Below are positions 31,695-41,779 of a stretch of 64,000 nt of DNA, piece after piece. The DNA comes from Naegleria gruberi. Its lineage: Eukaryota. The stretch lies in assembly GCA_000004985.1 (NCBI GenBank), contig GG738856.1; one strand, written 5' to 3'. Both the position numbers and the translations under genes were made by a program. The notes under the pieces are model-generated. The model was not told where the DNA came from, did not search any database, and worked only from the letters and a program-made list of their open reading frames with translations. Each line of letters opens with the position of its first letter. Position 1 is the stretch's first letter.

Positions 31695-32780
31695 ATGCAA
31701 CAAGCTGTTCTTGGAGGCCAATTTCAAACACCTTCAAAGTTATTTCCCTTACTGATGAATTCGGGAGAGGAATTTTCAAATTATGATGATGAGGATTTCT
31801 ATCGGGATGATGCTAAGGAAACAACATCAAGCTCGCGACCGGATATGACTTTACTGAATTCTCTGAAGGAGTGGATTAATGTATTGGTAGGATTGGATTT
31901 GGTGGAAATTAAAACGCAAAATCCATTACAGAGTTTTTTGAATTGTTTTAAGGACGGAGTATTGCTGTGTAGAATTGTTGAAAAGATTAAATTAAAACAC
32001 ATAACTTTTAACAAACATCCTGGAGGAAAGGAAGTTGTTGAGAGGGAAAATTTTCAAACATTCTTAAAGGTAAGTCACAATCAGGCCTAAATCGATTAAG
32101 AGAATACCACAGGAATTGGTAGGTTGGGTATAATTCCTAATTATATTGAATATTTCATATAGAACATATTATTCGGATCAACTAAAATTGAGTCTGTTAT
32201 CAAATATGAACCCAGTGATTGGGCTAAATATTTCAATTCAAAAACAGAGCACTCACAACTATTGCTGGAAACTTTAATTAGAATATCCAGATGTGCTTCG
32301 AGAAGAACCAATTTCAATGGTCCATTATTGGATTTGGATCTTAATTCCTCGACAAGCTCTCAAATAATTGAAAGCACCCCTAAAAATCAGATGGAAAATT
32401 TGAATGAAGAAAACACAAAACAAATAGAACCTACTTCTGAGTCTAGGAACAATCGTATCGACGATTATCATAATACCTCAACCATAAGAAACTTTCAAAC
32501 AAAATTAAAACCAAACTCTAGAACTTTCAAGGAAACAGCACTATTCAGTTTAAGACAGTTATTGGATGATCTGGAACTTGAAGACGACGACTTTGAAGGA
32601 ACTGATATGATACCAAAGCAGAAATTTGATACCATGTGCAGTGACTACGAATTACAATTGGAAAATCTGAGATTTATCATTCAAAAAAAGAATTTGCAAA
32701 TTGAAAAGCTTCAACTGGAAAAGAAACAACTAATGAAAACATTAAGCATTACCCAAGTTGAAGTAAAATTCAATGATTAA
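31695..32780 (+). CDS. Calponin-homology (CH) domain protein with a C-terminal coiled coil; two exons (31695..32069, 32163..32780)
   Basis: LKEWINVLVG...FLNCFKDGVLLCRIVEKI...ENFQTFLK | NILFGSTKIESVIKYEPSDW...LLETLIRISRCA is CH-like. Coiled coil LQLENLRFIIQKKNLQIEKLQLEKKQL. Confidence 0.7.
32070..32162 (+). other. Intron (93 nt)
   Basis: GTAAGTCACAAT...TATTTCATATAG. Phase 0. Exon 2 is in frame with ORF 32262. Confidence 0.8.
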
Positions 32781-33829
32781 TTACCGTTTATTTCTTGATA
32801 TTTCTTGGCTTTGTACTTTCTGTAGAAAATGACACCTCCAACAATACCGCCAACAATTACACCTACAGCAATGACAGCAAAGATTATGCCAAAAGCAATA
32901 CCAACAGCATTTGAAGGTTGTTCATAATAGAATACGGATGGAAGGTAAGCAAATTCAGGCAATTCTGGAATATCTTCCTTATTGACCAAGATGTTAATAC
33001 TGTACAAGCCAGAATTCAAATCTGAAACAATTCCCTTATCCAATCTACATGTTGTAACGCCATTCAAATCAGTACAACCTTGCAAGTTGATTGGCTTATT
33101 TCTGCAACCACAGACAGAAGCAATGTTAGCAGTGGCAGAGTTTGGTGACATACAAGCAACATAAGCTGGGGTAGGAACAAGTTCATTCTTACAACCTCCT
33201 TCAGTTTCTGAAGCACAATAAGTTGGAGTGCTGAATGAGAGAGCTCTGTCATTAGGTAAAAAGTTCAATCCTCTATTGTCAGTTGTAATTAAATTAACTC
33301 TTCCAGCAATTTTAGTGGTATAACCAGATATTACAATTCTAGAAACAACACCCTTAGTAACTGGTGTAATGGCAATATAATAAGCAATTTGAGAGGTACA
33401 TTTAACATTTGGACCTCCTTGACAAATTCCTGTTGGATATTGGAAAGGAGCAGTTGGTTGAATAACAAATTGTCTATCATAATTAATTGCTGATGGAACC
33501 CATTTATCACTGAAATCACAAGGTGATTCTGGAGTAGCACTACATTCCTTAATAAAGATATTAGCTCTTCCGGAACAAACTTCAATAAAACCAGACAATA
33601 GAGTCATATTCATGGTAGCCTCAACTGATTCTAATTTGTAATAGACAACATCATCATCGTCATCAAAATTATAAGTAGCCTCCTCACCAGGATAAATAAT
33701 ATTAAAATCATCAGGATCAACACCCTTGACCACCATCACGCCAATGATGGTAAGCAACATCATCATCATCAAGAAGCGAACATTAAGGGAGAATTGTTTC
33801 ATTTTTTCGAGTGAGATTTTTTTAAGCAT
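32777..33829 (-). CDS. Type I membrane protein with a Cys-rich ectodomain
   Basis: Signal-like MKQFSLNVRFLMMMMLLTIIGVMVVKG (probable start at 33802). C-terminal TM AVGIAFGIIFAVIAVGVIVGGIVGGVIFY followed by RKYKAKKY. Confidence 0.65.
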   Translation of the reverse strand: MLKKISLEKMKQFSLNVRFLMMMMLLTIIGVMVVKGVDPDDFNIIYPGEEATYNFDDDDDVVYYKLESVEATMNMTLLSGFIEVCSGRANIFIKECSATPESPCDFSDKWVPSAINYDRQFVIQPTAPFQYPTGICQGGPNVKCTSQIAYYIAITPVTKGVVSRIVISGYTTKIAGRVNLITTDNRGLNFLPNDRALSFSTPTYCASETEGGCKNELVPTPAYVACMSPNSATANIASVCGCRNKPINLQGCTDLNGVTTCRLDKGIVSDLNSGLYSINILVNKEDIPELPEFAYLPSVFYYEQPSNAVGIAFGIIFAVIAVGVIVGGIVGGVIFYRKYKAKKYQEINGN

Positions 33830-34196
33830 TGTAGGGGCGTCCTTATATCAAATGGATACAGTAAAAAAATACCTCATTTCAAAAACCAGCGATCGCAACT
33901 CAGAAGCTCAGCAGTCAGCGCGCTAATTTTTTGAAAGCCTCAACTCTTTCTCACCTTACCAACACGAGAATCCTGCAACTCGTTATCTTGCTCTTTTTTA
34001 TTCATATGTGAACCGTAGATCGTACGTAGGTGGTAACCAGCTAATAATTCGTAGATGACATGATATTATCACTACTGTAGTGAGGATGTTTGGTTCTTTG
34101 TTACAATGTGCGAATTGACTTTTAGAGGAAAGTACTTCTATTGTGTGTTTAAAAATTTAAAATAGAATGTTAAACCAAAGTATCCATCAAGTGATT

Positions 34197-34207
34197 TCTC
34201 TCTCTCT
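34197..34207. repeat. (TC)n microsatellite in a long divergent intergenic region
   Basis: tctctctctct read directly. Confidence 0.7.
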
Positions 34208-34838
34208 TTACATGAACATCAAGTATTGGTTTTTATCATGCTTGATGTTGCCGTTGCAAAAGTAAAAAAAACAACAACACTTGAAACTGTGGTCATCATT
34301 ATAGACTCATGGACAGTCAAAAGCTTTCTTTAAATCGAGTACTATCCTACAAGTTTCATTCATGAAAATTTTTTAAATGAGCCTGTCAGTCATCATTAGT
34401 ACAAATTAGGTTTACTTGTTCGAAATAGTCCAAAAAACCGTTCGCGTTTAAGACGGTATTTTTTTTTGTACAAAAACAAAATAGGATGCCCAAATCGAAA
34501 GGTTTATTCACTGAAGAGGCACCATTAAAAACACGTATGTGGAAGATTTTCACTGTAATAAGGATGTTTCTCTTTCAGAAAAAAACATATTCCTTCCAAA
34601 TGGAAACTACCATGAATCATTTACAATGCATACATGAATTTAAATATGCAACTTTATATTGGAAATGGAAAGAAACGAAAGTATTCAGTGAACATTGACC
34701 CAGTTTATTATTAGATCTGTATAACAGTTTTTCCACTAATTGCCAGCTCTTAATTCATTTAAGAGTTAGCTGTTATTATTTAATTCTCACAAAAAAACAA
34801 AACAACAATAATCAATATATAACTAATCTGCATTCGAA

Positions 34839-35603
34839 ATGTACTTTACTAAACCTGAAGATTATGGCTTACTCGAGAGTGGTCCAACTATGAACTATTG
34901 GATTTGGGTACCAACATTCCTTACTATTGCCTCCATGATGATCTCTGTCATTTCACAATATTTCTCCTATTTGTGGCCTGCTGTAGAATATAAGAAACAA
35001 TTCAAGAATAAGACAACTCACTATGTGTTCCTTTCATATGCTGTTAACCATACACTTTCTGCTATACTGACCACATTCACAATTGCCTATGCTAGATACT
35101 ATGGTACTTGTTATGAATCTAACATTTTTGAGATGGGTGTTCTCGAGTTGATCAAGTATATCCTTACTGTGATATTATGTGCTGTTCAACAGGTGGTCAT
35201 CTATGACTTTTTAATTTACCTTTTCCACAGAAGTTGTCATGTTAATAAGTGGATGTATATTCATATTCACAAATGGCATCACGAGAATAATACTCCACGA
35301 GGAATCTGTGATGGAATTTATGGTGATGCCTTTGAGGGAACTTTGGTGGCTTACTTTGCTGTTGGTCAAATGATGTTTTTCTCATTGCCAGTCAGTTCAA
35401 TTTGTCTCTTCTTATTGTATATTAGTTTCTTTGTCCAATTGAATCACAGTGGAAGAAAGGTTAAGATTCCATATTTCTATACTTTCAAATCCCATGCCAT
35501 TCACCATCGTCATTTCAAATATAATTTCTCTGAACACATTCCTTTGTGGGATTATTTGTTTGGAACATTGAAGTTGGACGAAATCAGTGACAATCAATTC
35601 TAA
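34839..35603 (+). CDS. Fatty acid hydroxylase superfamily membrane protein (sterol desaturase / methylsterol oxidase-like), tandem copy 1
   Basis: His boxes HRSCH, HKWHH and HAIHHRH. Several hydrophobic helices. 254 aa. Confidence 0.8.
   Translation: MYFTKPEDYGLLESGPTMNYWIWVPTFLTIASMMISVISQYFSYLWPAVEYKKQFKNKTTHYVFLSYAVNHTLSAILTTFTIAYARYYGTCYESNIFEMGVLELIKYILTVILCAVQQVVIYDFLIYLFHRSCHVNKWMYIHIHKWHHENNTPRGICDGIYGDAFEGTLVAYFAVGQMMFFSLPVSSICLFLLYISFFVQLNHSGRKVKIPYFYTFKSHAIHHRHFKYNFSEHIPLWDYLFGTLKLDEISDNQF
35241..35479 (+). repeat. High-identity tract shared with 36796..37034 (offset 1555 bp)
   Basis: About 6 mismatches in 239 nt by hand alignment. The adjacent central coding region is much more diverged. 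Confidence 0.75.
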
Positions 35604-36393
35604 ATTGCAACCTGTAGAAATACTGTACATTATAATATTATTCGAAACTCTAGAGGAAGGGCGAAAGACCTTTCAATCCGAATGAGGCCAAAGAGCCACT
35701 CAAATTGCAAAGGAAATTTAACACAAAGATCCACAAACAATGAATCATGAAATAAACTTCTCACATTTCCATTCTGAAAAACGAAACGAATTTTTATTCC
35801 AATCTTGGAGAGTGACCACCTAACATTGTCATTGCACCAAATATCAATTACACTTTTTAAACAGAAGTACAATACCAATTTGGTAATTTAAAAAAGAAAA
35901 AAGGATAGTGCTACTAGTATCAGATCCTCGTTTCTTCATGGTTTCGTTTAATTAACACGTAGTTTTACAATAAGAAATGAAATTAGATAATTAAATAGTA
36001 ATACTAGTTGTGAAATCCAATAGTGTTGAAATTTTTCATTTGTTGTCTATTTGAAATTCATTGAGATTCACCAAATATTTAGAAACATTATTTGCGTTGT
36101 GTCAACTCTTTATCTTTTTAGAAGTATCCCACAAAATATGTATAAAACTCTTCACAAAATCAAGTCCTGTTTTAGTCAACTACCGAATAGTTATTACCCG
36201 CACTAAAGCGACTTCCTTCAATGAATGGGTTTTTATTCGAAAGGGCATTTAATTTTCATCTAAGTTGTGTCCTGCCAAAACTGCATCATAATTCACAAGT
36301 GGCATATAATTCTCATGAATTGTTGACCAGTAATTTTGAAACATTTTATTAATAATACTGAAAAAAACAAACACAATTCAAAACTAATCTCAA

Positions 36394-37158
36394 ATGTACT
36401 TTACGAAACCTGAAGATTATGGCTTGTTAGAAAGTGGTCCAACTATGAACTATTGGATTTGGGTACCAACAGTGCTCTTCCTGGCTTCCATGGCTGTTTC
36501 CGTTCTTTCACAATGGTTTTCCTATTTGTGGCCTGCTGTAGAATATAAGAAACAATTCAAGAATAAGACAACTCATTACGTTCTCCTTTCATATGCTGTG
36601 AATCACTTCTTGAGCGCTCTGCTGACAACTTTTACAATTGCCTATGCTAGATACTATGGTTCTTGTTATGAATCCAATATATTCGAAATGAGTTTCTTGG
36701 AAATGTCCAAGTACATTATCACAGTTCTGTGGTGTGTTGCCCAGCAGGTACTTATCTATGACTTTTTAATCTATGTCTTCCATAGAAGTTGCCACGTTAA
36801 TAAGTGGATGTATATTCATATTCACAAGTGGCATCACGAGAATAATACACCAAGAGGAATCTGTGATGGAATTTATGGTGATGCCTTTGAGGGAACTTTG
36901 GTGGCTTACTTTGCTGTTGGTCAAATGATGTTCTTCTCATTGCCAGTCAGTTCAATTTGTCTCTTCTTATTGTATATTAGTTTCTTTGTTCAATTGAATC
37001 ACAGTGGAAGAAAGGTTAAGATTCCATATTTCTACTCGTTCAAGGCACACGCTGTCCATCATCGTCATTTCAAATATAATTTCTCTGAACACATTCCTTT
37101 GTGGGATTATTTGTTTGGTACCTTAAGATTGAGTGAAATCAGTGATGACCAATTCTAA
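36394..37158 (+). CDS. Fatty acid hydroxylase superfamily membrane protein, tandem copy 2
   Basis: Same length (254 aa) and the same His boxes: HRSCH, HKWHH, HAVHHRH. Confidence 0.8.
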   Translation: MYFTKPEDYGLLESGPTMNYWIWVPTVLFLASMAVSVLSQWFSYLWPAVEYKKQFKNKTTHYVLLSYAVNHFLSALLTTFTIAYARYYGSCYESNIFEMSFLEMSKYIITVLWCVAQQVLIYDFLIYVFHRSCHVNKWMYIHIHKWHHENNTPRGICDGIYGDAFEGTLVAYFAVGQMMFFSLPVSSICLFLLYISFFVQLNHSGRKVKIPYFYSFKAHAVHHRHFKYNFSEHIPLWDYLFGTLRLSEISDDQF

Positions 37159-37304
37159 ATTAATATTATTGGAGAATGTTATTCGAATCAATATTCTCTT
37201 TGAAACACATAAAAATCTCTAAATAAAATTGTTTAATTTATAAATATTAATATTTAACAGCCATTACAACACAAAATAGTCACTCTCTACAATTATGGAG
37301 ATAT

Positions 37305-39428
37305 TTACAATTCTTCAAAGCCAGCAAGTTGATTTGAGACAACTCTACTGACAGTGTCAGTGATACCTTCACCTCCAGAAACCAATTCTCTGATACCGCT
37401 ACTTTGTGCCCATTGATCTCCTAATCTATTGATATTTTCACTTGATTGTTCCAAAAGATGATTCAATCTTTGCAATCCATCAACCATGTAATTTTGCAAC
37501 ATGTCTTGTAATTGATCCTTAAGTCTTCTTCTAACATTATTCTGAATGTAACCAGATAAAACTCTCAACAGAATTTCGTGATGTTCTGCATGAGTGAATT
37601 TCAATTTCAAGTCATCAATATCGACAGTGATAGAGTTGTATTTGAACCATTCAGTATCACCAAGTTCATTAGTGGATGTATCAACATTAATCTTCAAGTG
37701 AATCATAACACCATCATCTCCAGTATCAATATTCAATAAACCTTCATCAGAGAGTTGTGGGAAAGAGAATCTCTTGAACCAAAATTGAACATCCTTAAAG
37801 TGGAATACTATTCCACTCAAGTGCAATACAAGGGTTGATTGAGTTCCTTGGAGACTATCAGCAAGCTTATCTTCACTATAATCAATGTCTGTAACAGAGT
37901 GACCAGACATTTTAACATGTGATGGTAACAAGTCAGATGCATTCATTCTCAAGCCCTTCAGTTCATATTCAACATTCTCATCAACATAATGAATATCCAA
38001 ATCTGTAAAAGATGATACAGTTTCCTTAATCATAGACACCATCATAACCTTCAATTCATTCAGANNNNNNNNNNNNNNNNNNNNNNNNNNNNNNNNNNNN
38101 NNNNNNNNNNNNNNNNNNNNNNNNNNNNNNNNNNNNNNNNNNNNNNNNNNNNNNNNNNNNNNNNNNNNNNNNNNNNNNNNNNNNNNNNNNNNNNNNNNNN
38201 NNNNNNNNNNNNNNNNNNNNNNNNNNNNNNNNAGTATCTACGAGTGTCCTTCTCAACTTGATCTAACAATTTGGAAAGCTCCTTGTCATTGCTGAATGCC
38301 TTATAGATATCTTGCAATGATTGTTCCATATCCTTGATGATCTTTTCATTACCAACCCATTGGATTAACAACTTTTCACCATTCTCTTTCATATTGATAA
38401 AGTACTTGTCATTTTGCATTTCCTTAACCAAATCGTTAACGTTACTCTCAATGTTATCATTGAAAATGAACTTGAGTTGATCGAACATGTTGGAGAATCC
38501 CAAAACTGCCTTTCTGTAAGATCTATTTGAAGAGAATTCCTTGATAAGTTCACTAAATCTATCATAAATTTGGTCTTCTAACTTTTCTTGCTTTAATTCA
38601 GCAGATTTGACATCTGACTTGGTAGGTTCTACTGATGCAGCAACAACCTTAGTCTTTTGCTTCTTGGAAGAAGATTCAACACTGGATGATTCTAAGAATG
38701 GCTTTTCCCAATCACTCTTATTCTTTGGAGTATCTTCAGTAACATCCATTTGATCCTTAACCTTCTCTTTCAACTCATCATCATCATCATCAAGATTATT
38801 GACAATTCTTTGAATGGCAGCTCTTGAGACCTTCGTTAGCTTGTACATGAATGTTAGTGAGGCTCTTATTTGACAATACTCTCAAATAGTTCAATGTATC
38901 AACCATTAAAAGTCTAAATGAGTTGGATCTAAACAGTTCAAAAATAAAATTGGAAAAGTTCTGAACTGATTCATAGAAAGACTTGGTTTCTTGATTGAGT
39001 TGGTCATTCACATCACTTGTGGTATCCTTAACTACATGTACAACTTTATCAGAGTACTTGTCAATGAACATGTTGGTATTGTAAATGAATTGTTGCAATA
39101 CCTGATCCTTATTCTTCTCTTCAATTAATTGTTTAACAATGTCTAACAGGTGAATAGCACGTTCTTGAATATTTTGACTTGATGTGACATATTGTGATGA
39201 TTTGTCAACAATATCTTTCACCTGTTCAACACCACTCAAAAGTTGTTCATTAGAAGGAATTTCACCCTTGGTAAGAGACTTTAATCCTTCAATGGTTTGA
39301 TCAATTGCCTTATTGTCAACTGTGACATTAACAATATTCTCTTGGATGTTTTCCTTTACCTCTTGAACAGTATCAGCAATTTTAGGAGTAATAGTTGTAG
39401 ATGAAGATGGATTCTTGATTTCTACCAT
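37305..39428 (-). CDS. Coiled-coil protein interrupted by an assembly gap; C-terminal beta-rich domain possibly Ham1/TULIP-like; exons 39428..38880 and 38839..(gap)..37305
   Basis: Three ORFs (38796..39470, 38060..38848, 37305..38054) are linked by a 40-nt intron and an N-run. The frame is open on both gap flanks. The first ATG is at 39428; the track start at 39470 is a GTG. Confidence 0.55.
38065..38232. other. Assembly gap (168 N) inside a coding region
   Basis: Run of n characters read directly. Confidence 1.
38840..38879 (-). other. Intron (40 nt)
   Basis: GTATTGTCAAATAAGAGCCTCACTAACATTCATGTACAAG with a CACTAAC branch-like motif. Phase 0 junction TTG AGA|CTA ACG resolves the frame change between the two ORFs. 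Confidence 0.6.
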
Positions 39429-39767
39429 TTCCAATGTTTTGTTGTTTTTTAATTGTTTTAATTTCTTCACAATATAAAATTATCAACTTAAATTAATTAA
39501 GTGAAAAGCTAATAAGAGTAATTTCCATATCCTAGTTTTGATTAATTAATACATTTACTATTTTTTAGTGTTATCCGAGTCTAGTCTATCCACTTGTACT
39601 TTTATGAAGTATTGTACAAAATTACAAGTGAATATGAGCCTACAAGGCACAATCTTGTCATCATGATAATTTTGTATTACTGTAAAATCCTATGGATCAT
39701 CTTCATTATCATCCAAACATTTTACTAGCAAGAACAAGATAATAAAACTATCATCATCATATGAATT

Positions 39768-39791
39768 TGACTCAATTTAAGATTTGAGTCA
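39768..39791. promoter_or_regulatory. Perfect inverted repeat TGACTCAA-N8-TTGAGTCA (two AP-1/Gcn4-type TGACTCA cores) in a bidirectional promoter
   Basis: Read directly. It lies between divergent starts at 39428 (-) and 39928 (+). Confidence 0.35.
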
Positions 39792-39927
39792 TCATACTCA
39801 AGGTGGTTATCAAAATCTAATTGCTTGATGAAGGCTTTCAATCAATTTAGAGAATTTTTTAAAAATAAAAATTAAATTAAAAAAATAGACCAACAACAAC
39901 TTTCATCACACATTTTCCTCTATCAAA

Positions 39928-40221
39928 ATGAACAATCAATATAATCCTCAACAATTCAATCAAATGCAACAACAACAAATGATGCAAAATTATCAAAGAC
40001 AACAACAACAACAAATGATGCAAGAATTACAATTAAAGGAAGCTATGGAACTTTTCAATGAAATGGTTAGACACTGTGTTGATAAATGTGTTGAAGAACC
40101 AAAAGGAGACAAGTTAGATGATGTTGAAAAGGCTTGTATCACAAAATGTGGAGTTAAATATATTAAACACAATATGCGTGTTACGGAACGATTCCAAGCT
40201 GGTATGCAAAATCAAAAATAA
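39928..40221 (+). CDS. TIM9: Small Tim protein, Tim9-type (mitochondrial intermembrane-space chaperone)
   Basis: Twin CX3C motifs (CVDKC ... CITKC). CITKCGVKYIKHNMRVTERFQ closely parallels yeast Tim9 [21 protein letters not shown]. Q-rich N-terminus. Confidence 0.85.
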   Translation: MNNQYNPQQFNQMQQQQMMQNYQRQQQQQMMQELQLKEAMELFNEMVRHCVDKCVEEPKGDKLDDVEKACITKCGVKYIKHNMRVTERFQAGMQNQK

Positions 40222-40270
40222 ATTTAATCCAAATTTTGTTTTTAATTGATGAATCGGAAATGTCAAATGT

Positions 40271-40729
40271 TTAAACTTCAATGTTGAGTGGTTCTTCTGG
40301 TGGTTTGTATCCAGGTTGAGCAGGTAAATCTTTGAATGGTTGAACACCAACTTGTATTGGTATAAGATTCCAATCAATCTTTTCGGCTTCAACTCTTAAT
40401 TCCTTTGGAAGAGCTTCCAAAGCAGACTTTTTTAATTTAAGTCTTCTCTTGGCATCATTACGGGCTTTTTCTGTGATTCTCTTCTTTAATAAAGACCAAG
40501 AATTGGCCAACATTTCGTCCTTTTTAAATTGTTGTGGTGTTTTAGGAATTCTAGGTTTATCCACTGGACGAATATAGTCCTTTGCGGATTCTATTAAATA
40601 TGAAAGTTCTTGAGGTGTTGGGTTCTTTGGAATTGCGTAATTTCTAGTAGTTATTATTGATGATGAATTTATGGCCGAACATGATGAAACCTTCTTCACC
40701 AAAGAAGCCGATTTTGAAAGTGAGAGCAT
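40271..40729 (-). CDS. Mitochondrial ribosomal protein mL40 (MRPL40)-like
   Basis: Presequence-like N-terminus. SWSLLKKR...KSALEALPKELRVEAEKIDWNLIP...PGYKPPEEP parallels human MRPL40 (WALYKQ...EALEELQ...AEAIKRDPNLFP...NYQPPEG), recalled from memory. Confidence 0.6.
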   Translation of the reverse strand: MLSLSKSASLVKKVSSCSAINSSSIITTRNYAIPKNPTPQELSYLIESAKDYIRPVDKPRIPKTPQQFKKDEMLANSWSLLKKRITEKARNDAKRRLKLKKSALEALPKELRVEAEKIDWNLIPIQVGVQPFKDLPAQPGYKPPEEPLNIEV

Positions 40730-40998
40730 TTTTTTAATTTTTTGAAAATTTAAAAATGAATTTTCTCTTCTTACTTGAATTTTGGCCTCAACAGGAGAGT
40801 GAAATTCTTGATATCATATGTATTTGTTAACAAGAAAAACTATTATTAAGAGTAACAAGTAGATTCAAGTTTGTTGTTGTGTGGATATTTTCCTTTTAAA
40901 AAAGTGAAAGAACATTGTACAATTATGGCGCCAAAAAAATATTAAAATTAATAAAAAAAACAACCAATTAGGATACCTAATACTTTAAATAAGACGGA

Positions 40999-41772
40999 AT
41001 GGATTTTTCGTTTGTGTCGATCGATCTTCCCATGATTGAAAAAGAATATAACAATCAAATGGCTAGTAAACAGGAAGAAATGCTTTCGGAGACAAATAAT
41101 ACAAATAATTCAGAGTATGAAATTAATGTTTCCTTAGAACTTTCTAGGGATGAGAATACAATTCAACAAGAATTACAAGAAAATAATCAACAGAGAAATT
41201 TTGAAAAGGAAGCTAGTGAATTGCTGGTATACGTGAAGGAATTATTGGGAAGAAATGAGGAACAACAGGCTTTAATTGAGGGGTTGAAACAAGATTTGGA
41301 AAAGGAACAAACTAGGAAAATACTAAATGATGTAAATTCCTGTGTTAGGCACAAGAAGGCAGTAAGCAGGTTAATTGATGATAGTTTACGAAAAGATAAG
41401 GAAATTTTACAATACAAGACTATATTTGCTCTTTTGAGGAATGCAAAGACTGAGGAAGAGGCACAGACAATTTTAAGGGATTTTGATGAGTCAGGAAAGA
41501 AAGAGCATAGGTCTCCAAACATGAATGCTAAAAGTCCTAAAAGTGTCACACCTTCCAGGTATTCCTCTCCTAAAAGCCCTCCAACAGATACCTCCCCAAA
41601 CACTAAGATTATTGAATTGAGGAAACAATTGGCAACATCAAGTTCAAGGAATAAGAAATTACAACAGGAAGTTGAAAAGTGGAAAAATTTAGCAAGTAGT
41701 TACGAGAAGATGTTTGGAATTGTAAAAGTTAGTGTATCTTTACCAAATGAAAATAATGAAACCAATGATTGA
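40999..41772 (+). CDS. Hypothetical coiled-coil protein with an SP-rich segment
   Basis: 257-aa ORF with heptad-like E/Q/K-rich regions. SPNMNAKSPKSVTPSRYSSPKSPPTDTSP. Confidence 0.5.
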   Translation: MDFSFVSIDLPMIEKEYNNQMASKQEEMLSETNNTNNSEYEINVSLELSRDENTIQQELQENNQQRNFEKEASELLVYVKELLGRNEEQQALIEGLKQDLEKEQTRKILNDVNSCVRHKKAVSRLIDDSLRKDKEILQYKTIFALLRNAKTEEEAQTILRDFDESGKKEHRSPNMNAKSPKSVTPSRYSSPKSPPTDTSPNTKIIELRKQLATSSSRNKKLQQEVEKWKNLASSYEKMFGIVKVSVSLPNENNETND

Positions 41773-41779
41773 AATCAAA

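Noticed and set aside
33915-33940. Sm-site-like AATTTTTTGA in a relatively GC-richer stretch (possible snRNA)
   Set aside because: No match by eye to the conserved 5' ends or loops of U1, U2, U4, U5 or U6, and no flanking stem-loops I could fold. It is left as part of a long promoter region.
34486-36252. Intergenic ORFs 34486..34698, 35630..35878 and 36061..36252 around the hydroxylase paralogs
   Set aside because: Two of the three use non-ATG starts, none has a recognisable motif, and they are not duplicated along with the paralogs.
37160-37215. Hairpin-capable palindrome GAGAATgttATTCGAATcaatATTCTC just downstream of hydroxylase copy 2 (possible terminator)
   Set aside because: The copy-1 3' flank shares only a short partial match (tattattcgaa) to the central motif and lacks the flanking GAGAAT/ATTCTC stem, and eukaryotic mRNA 3' ends do not require hairpins. 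It is probably incidental.
38056-38256. ORF consisting almost entirely of X
   Set aside because: An artefact of translating the N-gap.
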